Below, piece by piece: positions 1-10,618 of a DNA stretch of 64,000 nucleotides. The stretch's first letter is position 1; the number at the start of each line of letters is the position of its first letter. A program made the position numbers and the translations under genes. The notes under the pieces were generated by a model. It did not search any database, was not told where the DNA came from, and saw nothing but the letters and a program-made list of their open reading frames with translations. The stretch is from the NCBI RefSeq assembly GCF_004010195.1, contig NC_057719.1, positions 23,670,313 through 23,734,312 on the forward strand, given 5' to 3'. The DNA is from Chiloscyllium plagiosum (taxonomy: Eukaryota).

Positions 1-510
1 AAACCGGAGGAAGCAATTATGAAGGTAATTGGTTTGTTGACCTTCATTACTAGATGATCCAAGTACAGTCTTGCTGCAATGGTATAAAGTCGCAGTGAGA
101 TCGTATTTGAGGTATTGTTTCCAAGTTTGGTCTCTTCACCCATGGAAGGATGTAGTTCTCATTGAATGAGTGCAGCAGAAGTTGGTGAGTCTTTGGAATG
201 GTCTATCCAAAAGGGCTGTGGTACCTCAATCTCTGAGTGGATTCAAGACAAAAATCAATAGGTTTCTGGAGATGAATGATTTTCAGGGTTATGCAGACGG
301 AGGAGGGAAATAGCATGGACATAGATGATCAGACATGATCTAATCAAGTGGGAGAGTGGTTCTGAAGAAGATCTATACAGGTTTCAAAATGTTAGCTCCA
401 ATTCTCTCTCCACGATGCTGCCAGACTTGCTAACTTTCTCCAGCAATTTCCGTATTTGTTGTGGGGAAGCAGACTCGATAGGCGACTGGTCTACTCATGT
501 TCCTGTGTTC
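1..510 (+). mobile_element. Old CR1-clade LINE 3' fragment, interrupted by a PLE-derived insert
   Basis: Degenerate RT C-terminus (gtatttgaggtattgtttccaagtttggtct, cf. LEYCVQFWSP) and a CR1-type 3' UTR ending in ctactcatgttcctgtgttc. Confidence 0.75.
361..460 (+). mobile_element. Degenerate Penelope-derived pLTR monomer with decayed hammerhead core
   Basis: tctgaagaag...caaaatgttag...gatgctgccagacttgct...tccagca matches the copies at 15404, 40003 and 55541. Confidence 0.7.
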
Positions 511-1089
511 CAAAGTCAAATGTTGTTACAGGAGGAAATCTTCCTAGAGTTGGCCATATTAAGTGCCTTGACCTTGAACAGTGGAATTTAAAAATGAAAA
601 ATAGCAATAAGAGGAAAGGGTCATGTAATTGTATCTTTGGAACAAAGATGGAATGAGAAGTTAAATTATTAGGAAGTAAATCTGTATGGTTCTGTTCAGT
701 TGATTTAAGTGCACTCAAGTCATGTTCCAGTTGGGTTGAGTGAATTAATTTAGCCTCAGAAAATGCACAATTTTAGGTTTACTGCCTGGAGCACTGGCTT
801 CCAAATATACTGGACTCTAAATCTTGCCTGTAGGCTACTGTTAAAGATATTGATCAATCCCATTAGTACACGCCACAAAGGTGTCAATCACATGGATGAA
901 TATAATTTTTTTACTACAGCTCTATTTAAAGTTCCCAAACTGTGTGGAAGAAGCATAAGACTGGTGATAGGTAGTAGGTGTCTCTAAATGCTACTTTAGA
1001 TCTCATGGCCCATATGTCAGTGTGTCTTTAAGAGACGTACTCATTGTATCACCAATGTGTCATAGCATGTGACTTGTGGGTACAAAGAT

Positions 1090-1440
1090 GGGTGCTTGGT
1101 GGCTCAGTGGTCAGCACTGCTGCCTAACAGTGCCCTGGACCCAGGTTCAATTCCAGCCTTGGGTGACTTTCTGGATTTTGTGTATTCTCCCTGTGCCTGA
1201 GTGAGCACCCTCTGGGTGCTCCGGTTTCCTTCAACTGTCCAAAAATGTGCAGGCTAGATGGATTGGCTATGGTAAAATTGTCTATAGTGTGCAGGCAAAG
1301 TGGGTTAGCCATGGTAAATGAGGGGTTACGGGGATTGGGTGGGGGAGGCTGTGTCTGAGTCTGGGTAGGATATCCTACAGAGGCTTGGTGTGGACATGAT
1401 GGGCCAAATGGCCTCTTTCCGCACATGGGGATTTTATAAT
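1090..1440 (+). mobile_element. HE1-like V-SINE, older copy
   Basis: tRNA-like head (tggctcagtgg A box, ggttcaattcc B box), V-domain gtgctccggtttcct, CR1-like tail gggccaaatggcct. Confidence 0.85.
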
Positions 1441-2039
1441 CTCAACTCAACTCACTTAAATCATGATGCCCTATTGTAACTATTAGCATATTAGCCCAGA
1501 CACTTTAATATCTGAGGATTTTACTGTTTTGTTTAAAATAGTTAGCTTTAAAAATGCTGCTGGGTCCTTCAGTACCATGAATTCTTTACCCTGTGTCTTA
1601 TGCTAGAGGTCAAAACATAAGCTATGCCATATGAGGAAGAACTGTTGGTGGCAAACCCGCAAAACTAAAGACCACATATTTTCATAAAATTCAGTGCAAA
1701 TTCACAGGTCATATGAAAATTTAATTTACAACCAGATACATAGCACCTTTTTCTGAAAGGTTTATGTGTGCTGCATCTCCAAACTCATAAATTACAACCA
1801 TTAAAATGTGCATTGTTAGCTTGTGTTAGGAAGCTTTCTTGAATTTGCTTTATGAAGAAAATTGCAAAATCAGGTCATTTGCCAGTAATAATTCAATACA
1901 ACAGCATTCAGTCATGAGCAGTATTTTAAATGAAACCAAACGTATGCCTAGAAGCTTAAGAAGAATTCATGGCCTTTGCTTGCTGTGGATGATGAACAAC
2001 CTGTGTTTGCATCCAGTCTTGCATGACGTCAGAACATGT

Positions 2040-2840
2040 CAATGAGGTCCACCGCCAATGAAGTACATTTGAAGCATAATCATTGTAATGTAAAAAAAAA
2101 GACAATAATTTACACACTGCAGACCCCCATAAGCAAATGAATGTTTTAAAAAAATGTAACAGTAATCAGATTATTTTTATTGAGGCTACAGAAAAACTAA
2201 TGATGAATTATGCCAAACTAAAACTTTGGAATATATTGTGTTTATCTGAGAAAACAGATACACCCTTGGTATAGAAACATAGAAACATAGATGATAGGAG
2301 CAGGAGTAGGCGTTCAAGCATGCTCTCCATTCAAACTGATCATGACTTATCATCCAATTCAAGATTCTGCTCCTACTTTCCTTACCCCTTGATTCCTTTA
2401 GCGCAAAGAACTATATTGAACTCCCTCCTGAAAACATTCAATGTTTTGACCTCAACCATTTTTAATGACAGAGAATTCCACAGGCAAATGCATCATTCCA
2501 AAGACAGCACCTCTGACTGTGTAGCATTGTAGGTTCAGTGACATTTCCAGCATAAAAGAGGTGAATCAGCCCAGCACATCTGCATCAGTCTACAATGCTG
2601 AGACTATACCAATCCCATTTTCCAGCTTTTGGCCTATAGACCTGGAATCTATGGCAACAAAAAGTCAATGTCTAAGTACTACTTGAATGTTTCAAGATTT
2701 CTGAACCAACCACTGTAAAACACCTGTAATGCACTGAAACATCAATCTAGATTACATGTTAACATTTCTGGAATGGAGCTTGAATCCACAACCTCCTGTG
2801 TCAGAGAGGAAAGTATCAGCATAAAGCCAAGGCTGATAGC
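2040..2840 (-). mobile_element. Deu-domain SINE (SacSINE1/AmnSINE-like), split by two CR1 3' fragments
   Basis: Reverse tRNA head at 2770-2838 (ggagcttgaatccacaacc...agccaaggctga), Deu-core piece ccaaagacagcacctctgac near 2497, L2-like tail at 2060-2180. Confidence 0.65.
2270..2486 (-). mobile_element. CR1 3' end fragment
   Basis: Reverse (catagaaa)n tail followed by aggagcaggagtagg...agagaattccacagg. Confidence 0.85.
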
Positions 2841-3611
2841 TTTCAAGATCAGGACAATTATAGTTAAAGCAGAGAAGCAATATCTGTACCTGATTTATTC
2901 CAGGAAATCAATTCTTGTTCCATTTTTATTTCTTTAAAATTATTTCCAATAAATAAATTTCTTCTGCTGTAAGTGCACAAAGTTACAGCTCTTCTCAGAG
3001 AATTTAATTAATCTTTATTGAATACGCAGTGTGTTATGTATTATTCATAAGTCAATGACTCAAAGAATCATTAGAAGTGTGATCTAATTTTTAAACTTTA
3101 TGAATATGCAAAGTTCCATTTTGAGACACCAGATGTTATATATTCAGTCAAAGCATATTGTCCTGTCTAACACTATTATTTCAAATAAATAAGTCACTTT
3201 TTACTACATGATTAGAGTTCAACCCAGCCATGGATTATTGCAAATCCAACGTTCACCATTTTCCCTGACAAAGTGACCAAAGAATTTGATGGTGCTCCTC
3301 AGGTTCAAAAACAGGTGCAAAAATTTGCATCTTGTGACCGGGCATTCCTGCTCATTGACATCTGACACATTGGTAAAGGCAGATCAAACTTGAACATCCA
3401 TGAGGTGCTATGAGCTCTCAGTACATCAGATTGTATCCAAGCGCAGTCTGTAATCCCATGATCCAATATGTCCCTTAAGCCAAGGGATCAAATCAAGTTC
3501 AATTAGAATTGTGGAACAATATGCCAGTAGCAGCTCTAGGTATGCCCAAAAATTACCAAAACTAAAGCAAAATACTGTGCTGGAGAACTGATACAAAAAC
3601 TCAAGATTCAA

Positions 3612-3919
3612 GGCATGGTGGCACAGTGGTTAGCACTGCTACCTCACAGCGCCAGAGACCCGGGTTCAATTCCCGCCTCAGGCGACTGACTGTGTGGAGT
3701 TTGCACGTTCTCCCCGTGTCTGTGTGGGTTTCCTTCGGGTGCTCCGGTTTCCTCCCACAGTCCAAAGATGTGCAGGTCAGGTGAATTGGCCGTGCTAAAT
3801 TGCCCGTAGTGTCAGGTAAGGGGTAAATGTAGGGGTATGGGTGGGTTACGCTTCGGCGGGTCGGTGTGGACTTGTTGGGCCCAAGGGCCTGTTTCCACAC
3901 TGTAAGTAATCTAATCTAA
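3612..3919 (+). mobile_element. HE1-type V-SINE, full length, young
   Basis: A and B boxes, V-domain, CR1-derived tail gggcctgtttccacactgtaag(taatc)n; near-identical to 16059-16376. Confidence 0.95.
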
Positions 3920-4189
3920 AATGACATCTATCGGACTTGTCAGTTAAGTCTTGTCCACAAAAGGCTGGGCTAGCCCATTCCACACTGATTACCACACTAT
4001 CAGTCTCTTCTCAATCTTCAGTAAGTGATGGAAGGTGGCATCATGAGTATTGTCAACTAGCATTTAATCTGCTCACTGATGGTGAACTCGGGTTCTGCAA
4101 GAAGCACGTGGTTCCCAACTTTATTACAATCTCAGTAAAAAGATGCATGAAATAGTGTTTTCCAAAGGTGAAGTGGACATCAGCCTAAG

Positions 4190-4795
4190 CACAAGGAAAA
4201 GTGATTGTAGTTGTAGAAGACTCCCTGTCTCAGCCCCAGGAGAGCTCTGCAGAACACCCCAGTGAGGTGTCTTAGGTCCAACTAACTTCAGCAGCTTCAC
4301 TCTAGTAATAGGCCAAGAGTGTACCTTTTGGCTGTTGATTGTATTGTGTTCAGTTCACATTTTGTTTAATCTGGAATTCCATATCCATGTTCAACAAGTC
4401 CTGGACAGCATTCAGACTCAGGCTAATAAGTGGCAAATAGCATTATGCCAGGCAAGGTGGACTGCAGCAACTCATTGAGTCTGTGTCAACAGCACTTTCT
4501 AAGCTTACAACTTCTATAATCCAGAAGGAAAAGGGCATCAGATCCATGACAACACCACCAACTATAATTTCCTCCCCAAGTTACACAACATCCTAAACTG
4601 GTATTATATTGCTGTTCCTTCAACTGGGTCAAAGTCCTGGAATGTTTTCCAAGTGACATCCTAAACGTACCTCCAACATGAGGACTGGAGCGGTTCAAGC
4701 AGGTGGCTCCTCACCATCTTCAGGAGGACAATTTGTAAAGTACAATAAATGCTGCCCTTACCAAAGTGCCTATGTCCAATGAACAAATTAAAATT
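4190..4795 (+). mobile_element. LINE family B (CR1/L2-like) degenerate RT and 3' end
   Basis: Homologous to 27978-29460 in reverse orientation; tail ggactggagcggttcaag...caataaatgctg. Confidence 0.75.
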
Positions 4796-4941
4796 TAAAA
4801 CCAAAAGGCATCTCAGCATTGCATCTGAAACAAGAACAAGGCCCTTTTCTTTAACAATTTGTAAATTCGAGGCTTCAACCCGTTCCATGTTCCAATGCAA
4901 GTTGGGCTGAAGTCACCAGCACTTAGCTGACTATTTGCATT

Positions 4942-5120
4942 TGGGACTAGTTAGCTCAGTTGCCTAATGGCTAGCGAGACATTGAAAATAATGACAATAG
5001 CACAAGTTCAATCCCTACATCTGCAATGGTTGTTCATGCCACACACGATGCAAACAATATCACCAATTCTCTCTCTCTCTCACACACACACTCTCTAATG
5101 AAGAGAGATGCCTATGAACT
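4942..5120 (+). mobile_element. tRNA-derived SINE family C
   Basis: gttagctcagttg A box, gttcaatccc B box, ctctctaatga tail shared with 17425-17602. Confidence 0.6.
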
Positions 5121-5144
5121 TTGTGGATTTTAGCTAATTACAAT

Positions 5145-5460
5145 ACTTCGTTCATTAACAAAACGTCATAACAGGGACAAGCAAATTTCTCATGAAATAA
5201 GGCATATTGTGAAACAGAATTTGACACAGTCATTAAGTACATTGTCAAAAATTGGTTTTAAGAGAGCATCACATGAGAGGTAATGGAATAGCAAGGGTGA
5301 AAAAGGGAATTTCAGAACTAAGAGACAAGTCAGCTTGAAGGCACTGATGCCAATAATGCAGAAATTAAGATCAGTAATTCTCAAAAGGTAAGGATTAGAG
5401 CAGTACAAAGATTTCAAGCAGTTGTACAGCTAAGCAGACTACAGAGATAGGAAGTGATGA
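5145..5460 (-). mobile_element. Old L2 LINE 3' fragment
   Basis: ggttttaagagagcatc...gaatttcagaactaag...cagcttgaaggcactg, typical reverse L2 3' region. Confidence 0.55.
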
Positions 5461-5466
5461 GAATTT

Positions 5467-5693
5467 GTAACATGGAGTATGAGAAGAGTAGGGCATTCAG
5501 CCCTTCAAGTCGGTTCTGTCATTCATCATGATCGTGGCTGATCATCCAACTCAGTATCCCATTCTAGCTTTGTACCCAGGTCCTTCATCCCTTTAGCCCT
5601 AAGAAATATGTTGGTCTCAACTGCTATCTGTGGTAGAGAATTCCACAGGCTCACCATTCTCTGGGTGAAGAAAGTTCCCCTCACCTCTGTTCC
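5467..5693 (-). mobile_element. CR1 3' end; continues at 9566-9760 after the nested plus-strand CR1
   Basis: ggtagagaattccacaggctcaccattctctgggtgaagaaa, resuming as gcctaccccatatcctt at 9570. Confidence 0.8.
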
Positions 5694-6923
5694 TCTCTGC
5701 AATCTGAGAGGGAGAAGATAGAATCACAGGTAACGGTATTACAGCTGAATAAAGGCAACCACAGAGGCATGAGGGAGGACCTGGGTAGAATTGACTGGGA
5801 GAGGATCCTAGCAGGAAAGACAGTGGAACAGCAATGGCAGGAGTTTCTCAAAGTAATTCAGGAGACACAGAAGAGATTCATCCCAAGGAAAAAGAAGCAT
5901 GGTACAGGAAGGATGAGGCAACCATGTCTGACTAGACAAGTCAGAGATAACATAAAAGCCAAAGAGAAATCATATAGTGTGGTGAAGGCAGTGGAAACCA
6001 AAAGGACTGGGAAGCTTACAAAGACCAACAGAGGGCAACAAAAAAAGAAATAAGGAGAAAGAAGATTAAATATGAGGATAAGCTGGCCAGTAATATAAAG
6101 GAAGACTGTAAGAGCCTCTTTAGGCATACAAAAGGCAAAAGAGAGGCAAGAATAGACATTGGGCCGCTGGAAAAAGATACTAGAGAGATAGTAGTGGGGA
6201 ACAAGGAAATGGCTGAGGAACTGAATAATTCTGTCACATCAGTCTTCACGGTGGAGGATGAATAATATCCCAAAGATTCAAGAGAGTGAGGAGGCAGAGC
6301 TGAGTATGTTGGCTATCACCAAGGAGAAGGTGCTAGGAAAATTGAGTGGCCTGAAGGTGGATCAATCACCTGAAGCAGAAGGACTACACCCGAGAGTTCT
6401 AAGGGAGAGAGCTGAAGAGATGGTGGAGACGTTAGTGATGATCTTTCAGGAATCGTTAGAATCAGGGAGGGTCTCAGAGGACTGGAAAATTGCTAACATG
6501 ACACCCCTGTTTAAAAATGGAGTAAGGTAAAAGATGAAAAATTATAGACCAATTAGCCAAACCTCGGTCGTGGGCAAAATCCATTGTGATGGATAAGATT
6601 TCTGAATACTTGGAAGTGTATGGTAAAATAGGGCAAAGTCAGCATTGTTTTATCAAGGGGAGTCATGCTTGACAAATCTGCTAGAATTCTTTGAGGAAGT
6701 AACGAGCAGGTGAGATCAAGGAGAACCAATGGATGTTATCTACCTGGACTTCAAGAAGGCTGTACAGGAAGCTACTGAGCAAGATAAGGACCCATGGTGT
6801 CAGCGGCAAGGTGCTAGCATGGATAGAAGCTTGGCTGTCTAGCAGTAAACAGAAAGTGGGGATAAAAGGATCCTTCTCAGGATGGCAGTTGGTGACAAGT
6901 GATGTTCTGCAAGGCTCAGTGTT

Positions 6924-7110
6924 TAGATTCGATTACAGTGTGGAAACAGGCCCTTCGGCCCAACAAGTCCACACCGACCCGCCGAAGCACAACCCACCCA
7001 TACCCCTACATTTACCCCTTACCTAACACGACAGGCAATTTAGCATGGCCAATTCACCTGACCTGCACATCTTTGGACTGTGGGAGGAAACCGGAGCACC
7101 CGGAGGAAAA
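6924..7110 (-). mobile_element. 5'-truncated HE1 SINE inside CR1
   Basis: tagattcgattacagtgtggaaacaggccc...aaaccggagcacccggagg is the reverse complement of the 3' half of 3612-3919. Confidence 0.95.
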
Positions 7111-7137
7111 CTTCGGTCATGGGCAAAATGTTGAGAC

Positions 7138-7335
7138 CTGAAAATGTGTTGCTGGAAAAGCGCAGCAGGACAGGCAGCATCCAAGGAACAGGAGAATCGA
7201 CGTTTCGGGCATAAGCCCTTCTTATGCCCGAAACGTCGATTCTCCTGTTCCTTGGATGCTGCCTGACCTGTTGCGCTTTTCCAGCAACACATTTTCAGCT
7301 CTGATCTCCAGCATCTGCAGTCCTCACTTTCTCCT
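7138..7335. mobile_element. Palindromic PLE-derived fold-back element
   Basis: Arms 7138-7215 and 7221-7298 (78 bp, 2 mismatches), tail tccagcatctgcagtcctcactttctcct, flanking repeat tgttgagacc at 7129 and 7339. Confidence 0.9.
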
Positions 7336-7968
7336 CAGTGTTGAGACCACAACTTTTCACTTTATACATTAACAATCTCAAGGAAGAAACAAGGGCATTC
7401 TGGCTAAGTTTGCAAATGATATAAAGATAGATAGAGAGACAGGTAACATTGAGGAGGTGGGGAGACTGCAGAATGGTTTGGACGGGTTAGGAGAGTGGGC
7501 AAAAAAGTGGCAGAGGAATAGAATGTCAGAAAATGTGAGGTCATGCACTTTGGTAGGAAGAATAGAGCATGGACTATTTCCTAAATGGGGAGAAAATTCG
7601 AAAGTCTGAAGTGCAAAGAGACTAGGGAGTTCGAGTCCAGGACTCTCTCTAGGTAAACTTGCAGGTTGAGTCAGTAGTTAGGAAAGTAAATGCAATGATG
7701 GCATTTATTTTGAGATGACTTGACTATAAAAGTAGGGATGTACTTCTGAGGCTGTATAAGACTCTGGTCAGACTACATTTGGCATATTGTGCGCAGTTTC
7801 AGGAAGGATGCCCTGGCCCTGGACCATGTTCAGAGGAGGTTCACGAGAATGGTCCCAGGAATGAAACCATTAACATATGAGAAAAGTTTAAGGACTTTAA
7901 GTCAACATCCATAGAGTTTAGAAGCGAGTTTTGATAAGATTTGTAGCTCAAGTTGAGGTTTTGGATGT

Positions 7969-8821
7969 ATGATTTGGAGATGCCAGTGTTGGACTGGGAT
8001 GTACAAAGTTTAAAAATTACACAACACCAGGTTATAGTCCAACAGGTTTAATTGGAAGCACTAGCTTTCGGAGCGACGCTCCTTCATCAGGTGATTGTGG
8101 AGGACACAATTGTAAGACACAGAATTTATAGCAAAAGTTTATAGTGTGATGTAACTAAAATTATACATTGAAAAATGCCTTGATTGTTTGTTGAGTTTTC
8201 ATCTGTTGGAATACCATGATAGTTTCATTTCTTTCATGTGTAAGTCACAAAACTATTTTTTAAAAGTTACATTCTCAGGTTAACTGTAACAATTGGTGTT
8301 AGTCAGATAATATGTTGAAGGTGTTAACCCCCTGTGTTCTCTGTCTGTGCCATAATGTTTCGACTGATTCTAATCTAAAATGTAAGATAACAGAGTTTTA
8401 CATGAATTCATGCAGTTTTTGAACAAAGTACAATGTAACTGCAAGTACAAATTCACCCCACAAACGTATATGCATATGTGTGCGTGTGTGCGTGTGTGTG
8501 TCTGTCTGTCTATTTGTCTGGGGTGGGGGGTTGTGAATGTGACAAAGAGTGTATATGTCTGTGTATGTGAGTGTAGAGTGTCTAAATCTGTGAGGGGATG
8601 CATGTGTGAGTGTGGGAGTGTGTGTATGTCTGGGGTGGGGGGTTGTGAATGTTTGTGAGAGAGAGTGTATGTGTGTGTGTAGAGTGGTCTAAGTCTGGGA
8701 GAGGATGTATGTGTGAGTGTGGGAGCGTGTGTGTCTGTAAGGGTGTGCGACTGTCTGTGTGCGTGCCTGTGTATATGTTTTTCCGTGTGTATGTGTATAG
8801 GAGTGCGTGTGTGTGTGTGTG
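7969..8821 (-). mobile_element. PLE-derived element with hammerhead motif and TG-rich spacer
   Basis: Reverse strand reads cacctgatgaaggagcgtcgctccgaaagctagtg, then attaaa and the tail ccagtccaacactggcatctccaaatcat. Confidence 0.8.
8059..8093 (-). ncRNA. Minimal type I hammerhead ribozyme motif
   Basis: CAC-CUGAUGA-A-GGAGC-GUC-GCUCC-GAAA-GC-UA-GUG: intact core, 5-bp stem II, 3-bp stem I, palindromic AGCU stem III. Confidence 0.75.
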
Positions 8822-8822
8822 T
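8465..8822. repeat. Degenerate (TG)n low-complexity region with an imperfect internal duplication of about 115 bp
   Basis: tctggggtggggggttgtgaatgt at about 8517 and 8628; gcatgtgtgagtgtgggag-like block repeated. Confidence 0.9.
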
Positions 8823-8989
8823 AAGCGAAGAAGGACACCACTTCAACTGGGACAACACATCCATCCTAGGACAAGCCAAATAAAGACACGCACGAGAATT
8901 CCTAGAAGCATGGCATTCCAACCGGAACTCTATCAACAAATTCATCGAGTTGGACCCCATCTACCACTCCCAAGAAAAGGAACAGGAAG

Positions 8990-9035
8990 TGACTTCACTA
9001 CAGGAAATAACATCACCACGGGAAATGACATCACC
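8990..9035 (+). repeat. Imperfect 18-bp tandem repeat (3 copies, first beginning near 8982) in the PLE pLTR
   Basis: acaggaagtgacttcact / acaggaaataacatcacc / acgggaaatgacatcacc. Confidence 0.8.
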
Positions 9036-10618
9036 AACCCAAAGAAGCCCAAACATATAAATAGAAAGCAGGAATTTTCAGCATTGCTTTGCCTGAGGCC
9101 CACTGAAGATGAAACGTCTGGAAATGAACTTTGCAACTAAGCGAGCAGACCTACGTCAAAGAGTTTAGAAGGATGGAGGGGGTATCTAATTGAAACATAT
9201 AGAATACTAATGGCCTGGACAGAGTAGATGTTGGGAAGATGTTTCCATTGGTAGGAGAAACTAGGACCTGAGGGCACAGCCTTAGAGTAAAGGAAAGAGT
9301 TTTAGAATGGAGATGAGGAGAAACTTCTCCAGCCAGAGAGTGGTGAATCTATGGAATTCATTGCCACAGAAGTTGTGGAGGCCAGGTCATTGAGTATATT
9401 TAAGATGGACATAGAAATGTTCTTGAGTACCAAGGGGATGAAGAGTTATGGGGAGAAAACGGGAGGATGGAGTTCACAAACCTATCAGCTATGACTGAAT
9501 GGTGGATCGTCTCAATGGGCTGAATGGCCTAATTTCTACTCCTATGTCTTATGGTCTTATGGTCTAACAGCCTACCCCATATCCTTCCATTGTGACCCCT
9601 GTTGTTAAACTCACTGGTCATTAAGAACATCCTTTCTGCATCTGCTATGTCTAATCTTGTTAAAAATGTATAGTTTTCTATCAAATCCAAACTCTGCCCC
9701 CATTCTTCGAAACTCAAGTGAATATATTTGTAACAGATTAGTCTCGCCTCATGCATCATGACATTGCTGCACTGGGAGTCAAAGTAGGTCAGTTAGCAGA
9801 GTGGTGATGGATAAACGGGACTAGGATGCTGTCTCTGGAATTCTCTCTGGAAAGGCCTTGGTGACAGTGGAAATAAAAAATTTAGATGCCTCAATCTAGG
9901 CATCTATTTTAGCAGCGTTCTGGCATTTCTATTTTCCCAGTTGTCTAAGAAGTAATGACTGCCGAAAGTACATACCCATTACTCTGGAGAATTAAAAAAG
10001 AAAACCTTTTTTAAGGTTCAGTGAAAATCTAAGAACTTCAAAATTTCCACAAACCCAGAGTCCCATAGATGCAATTCATTTGGTTTTATTAAACTAATGA
10101 GCCAAGAAGGTAGCAGAAGGTTTGTTGATGATAGCATGCTGTAGATGTGAGTGTATACCCTATTTATGATGATGTTAATACTCATGGAGATGCCGTTTCC
10201 TGATACAGATATTCTGAAATACAGTAGTGGAATGGTATTCATCAAGTTGCTTCCGATCCAGGCTAAAATACTGACCTCTTCATTCAGTGAAACCAACTGG
10301 GGATAAAGCTAATTTAGATCAAATATTGATCAATAATGCAAGTTTAATTTGTGATCACATAACAAAAGGACCTCTGAGAAAAAGTAATCATAGCGTATTT
10401 GAATTCCATACAAAGTTTCTACATGATATATATAAGTACCAAATGCCATGAACTGAAATAAAGCCAATTATATTAATATGGGGAAACAAGTAGTGAAGGT
10501 TGATTAAATCAATAGCTTAAAAGTTAAAAAAACAGTGGAAATGTTGAACAGAATTATTCAAAACATTCAACAAAATAGAATCTACTTATAAACAAAAATT
10601 CAGCAAGAGAAACTTATT

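Larger units (their letters stand above)
7925..9159 (+). mobile_element. Penelope-like (Poseidon-type) 3' fragment with inverted 5' piece, hosting a second PLE derivative
   Basis: 8824 onward translates as SEEGHHFNWDNTSILGQAK*RHAREFLEAWHSNRNSINKFIELDPIYH (GIY-YIG C-terminus); 12-bp TSD agagtttagaag at 7913-7924 and 9160-9171. Confidence 0.85.
5694..9565 (+). mobile_element. 5'-truncated CR1 LINE (broken ORF2 RT) carrying nested inserts
   Basis: ORF track fragments (SPEAEGLHPRVLRE...DWKIANMTPLFK; VTSDVLQGSV), ANDIK (degenerate ADDTK), tail (ttatggtc)n. Confidence 0.95.

Noticed and set aside
3612..3685. tRNA-like sequences here and at other SINE heads
   Set aside because: They continue directly into V-domain and LINE-tail sequence, so they are SINE promoters, not tRNA genes
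7138..7298. Palindromes as classical MITEs or pre-miRNAs
   Set aside because: An asymmetric 3' tail, long variable TSDs, monomer copies elsewhere and the hammerhead core all point to a PLE origin
8370..9140. Longest ORFs in the track (196 aa minus, 163 aa plus)
   Set aside because: They are open only because they cross the (TG)n tract (HT/CV repeats); the real coding remnant is a short GIY-YIG piece in another frame
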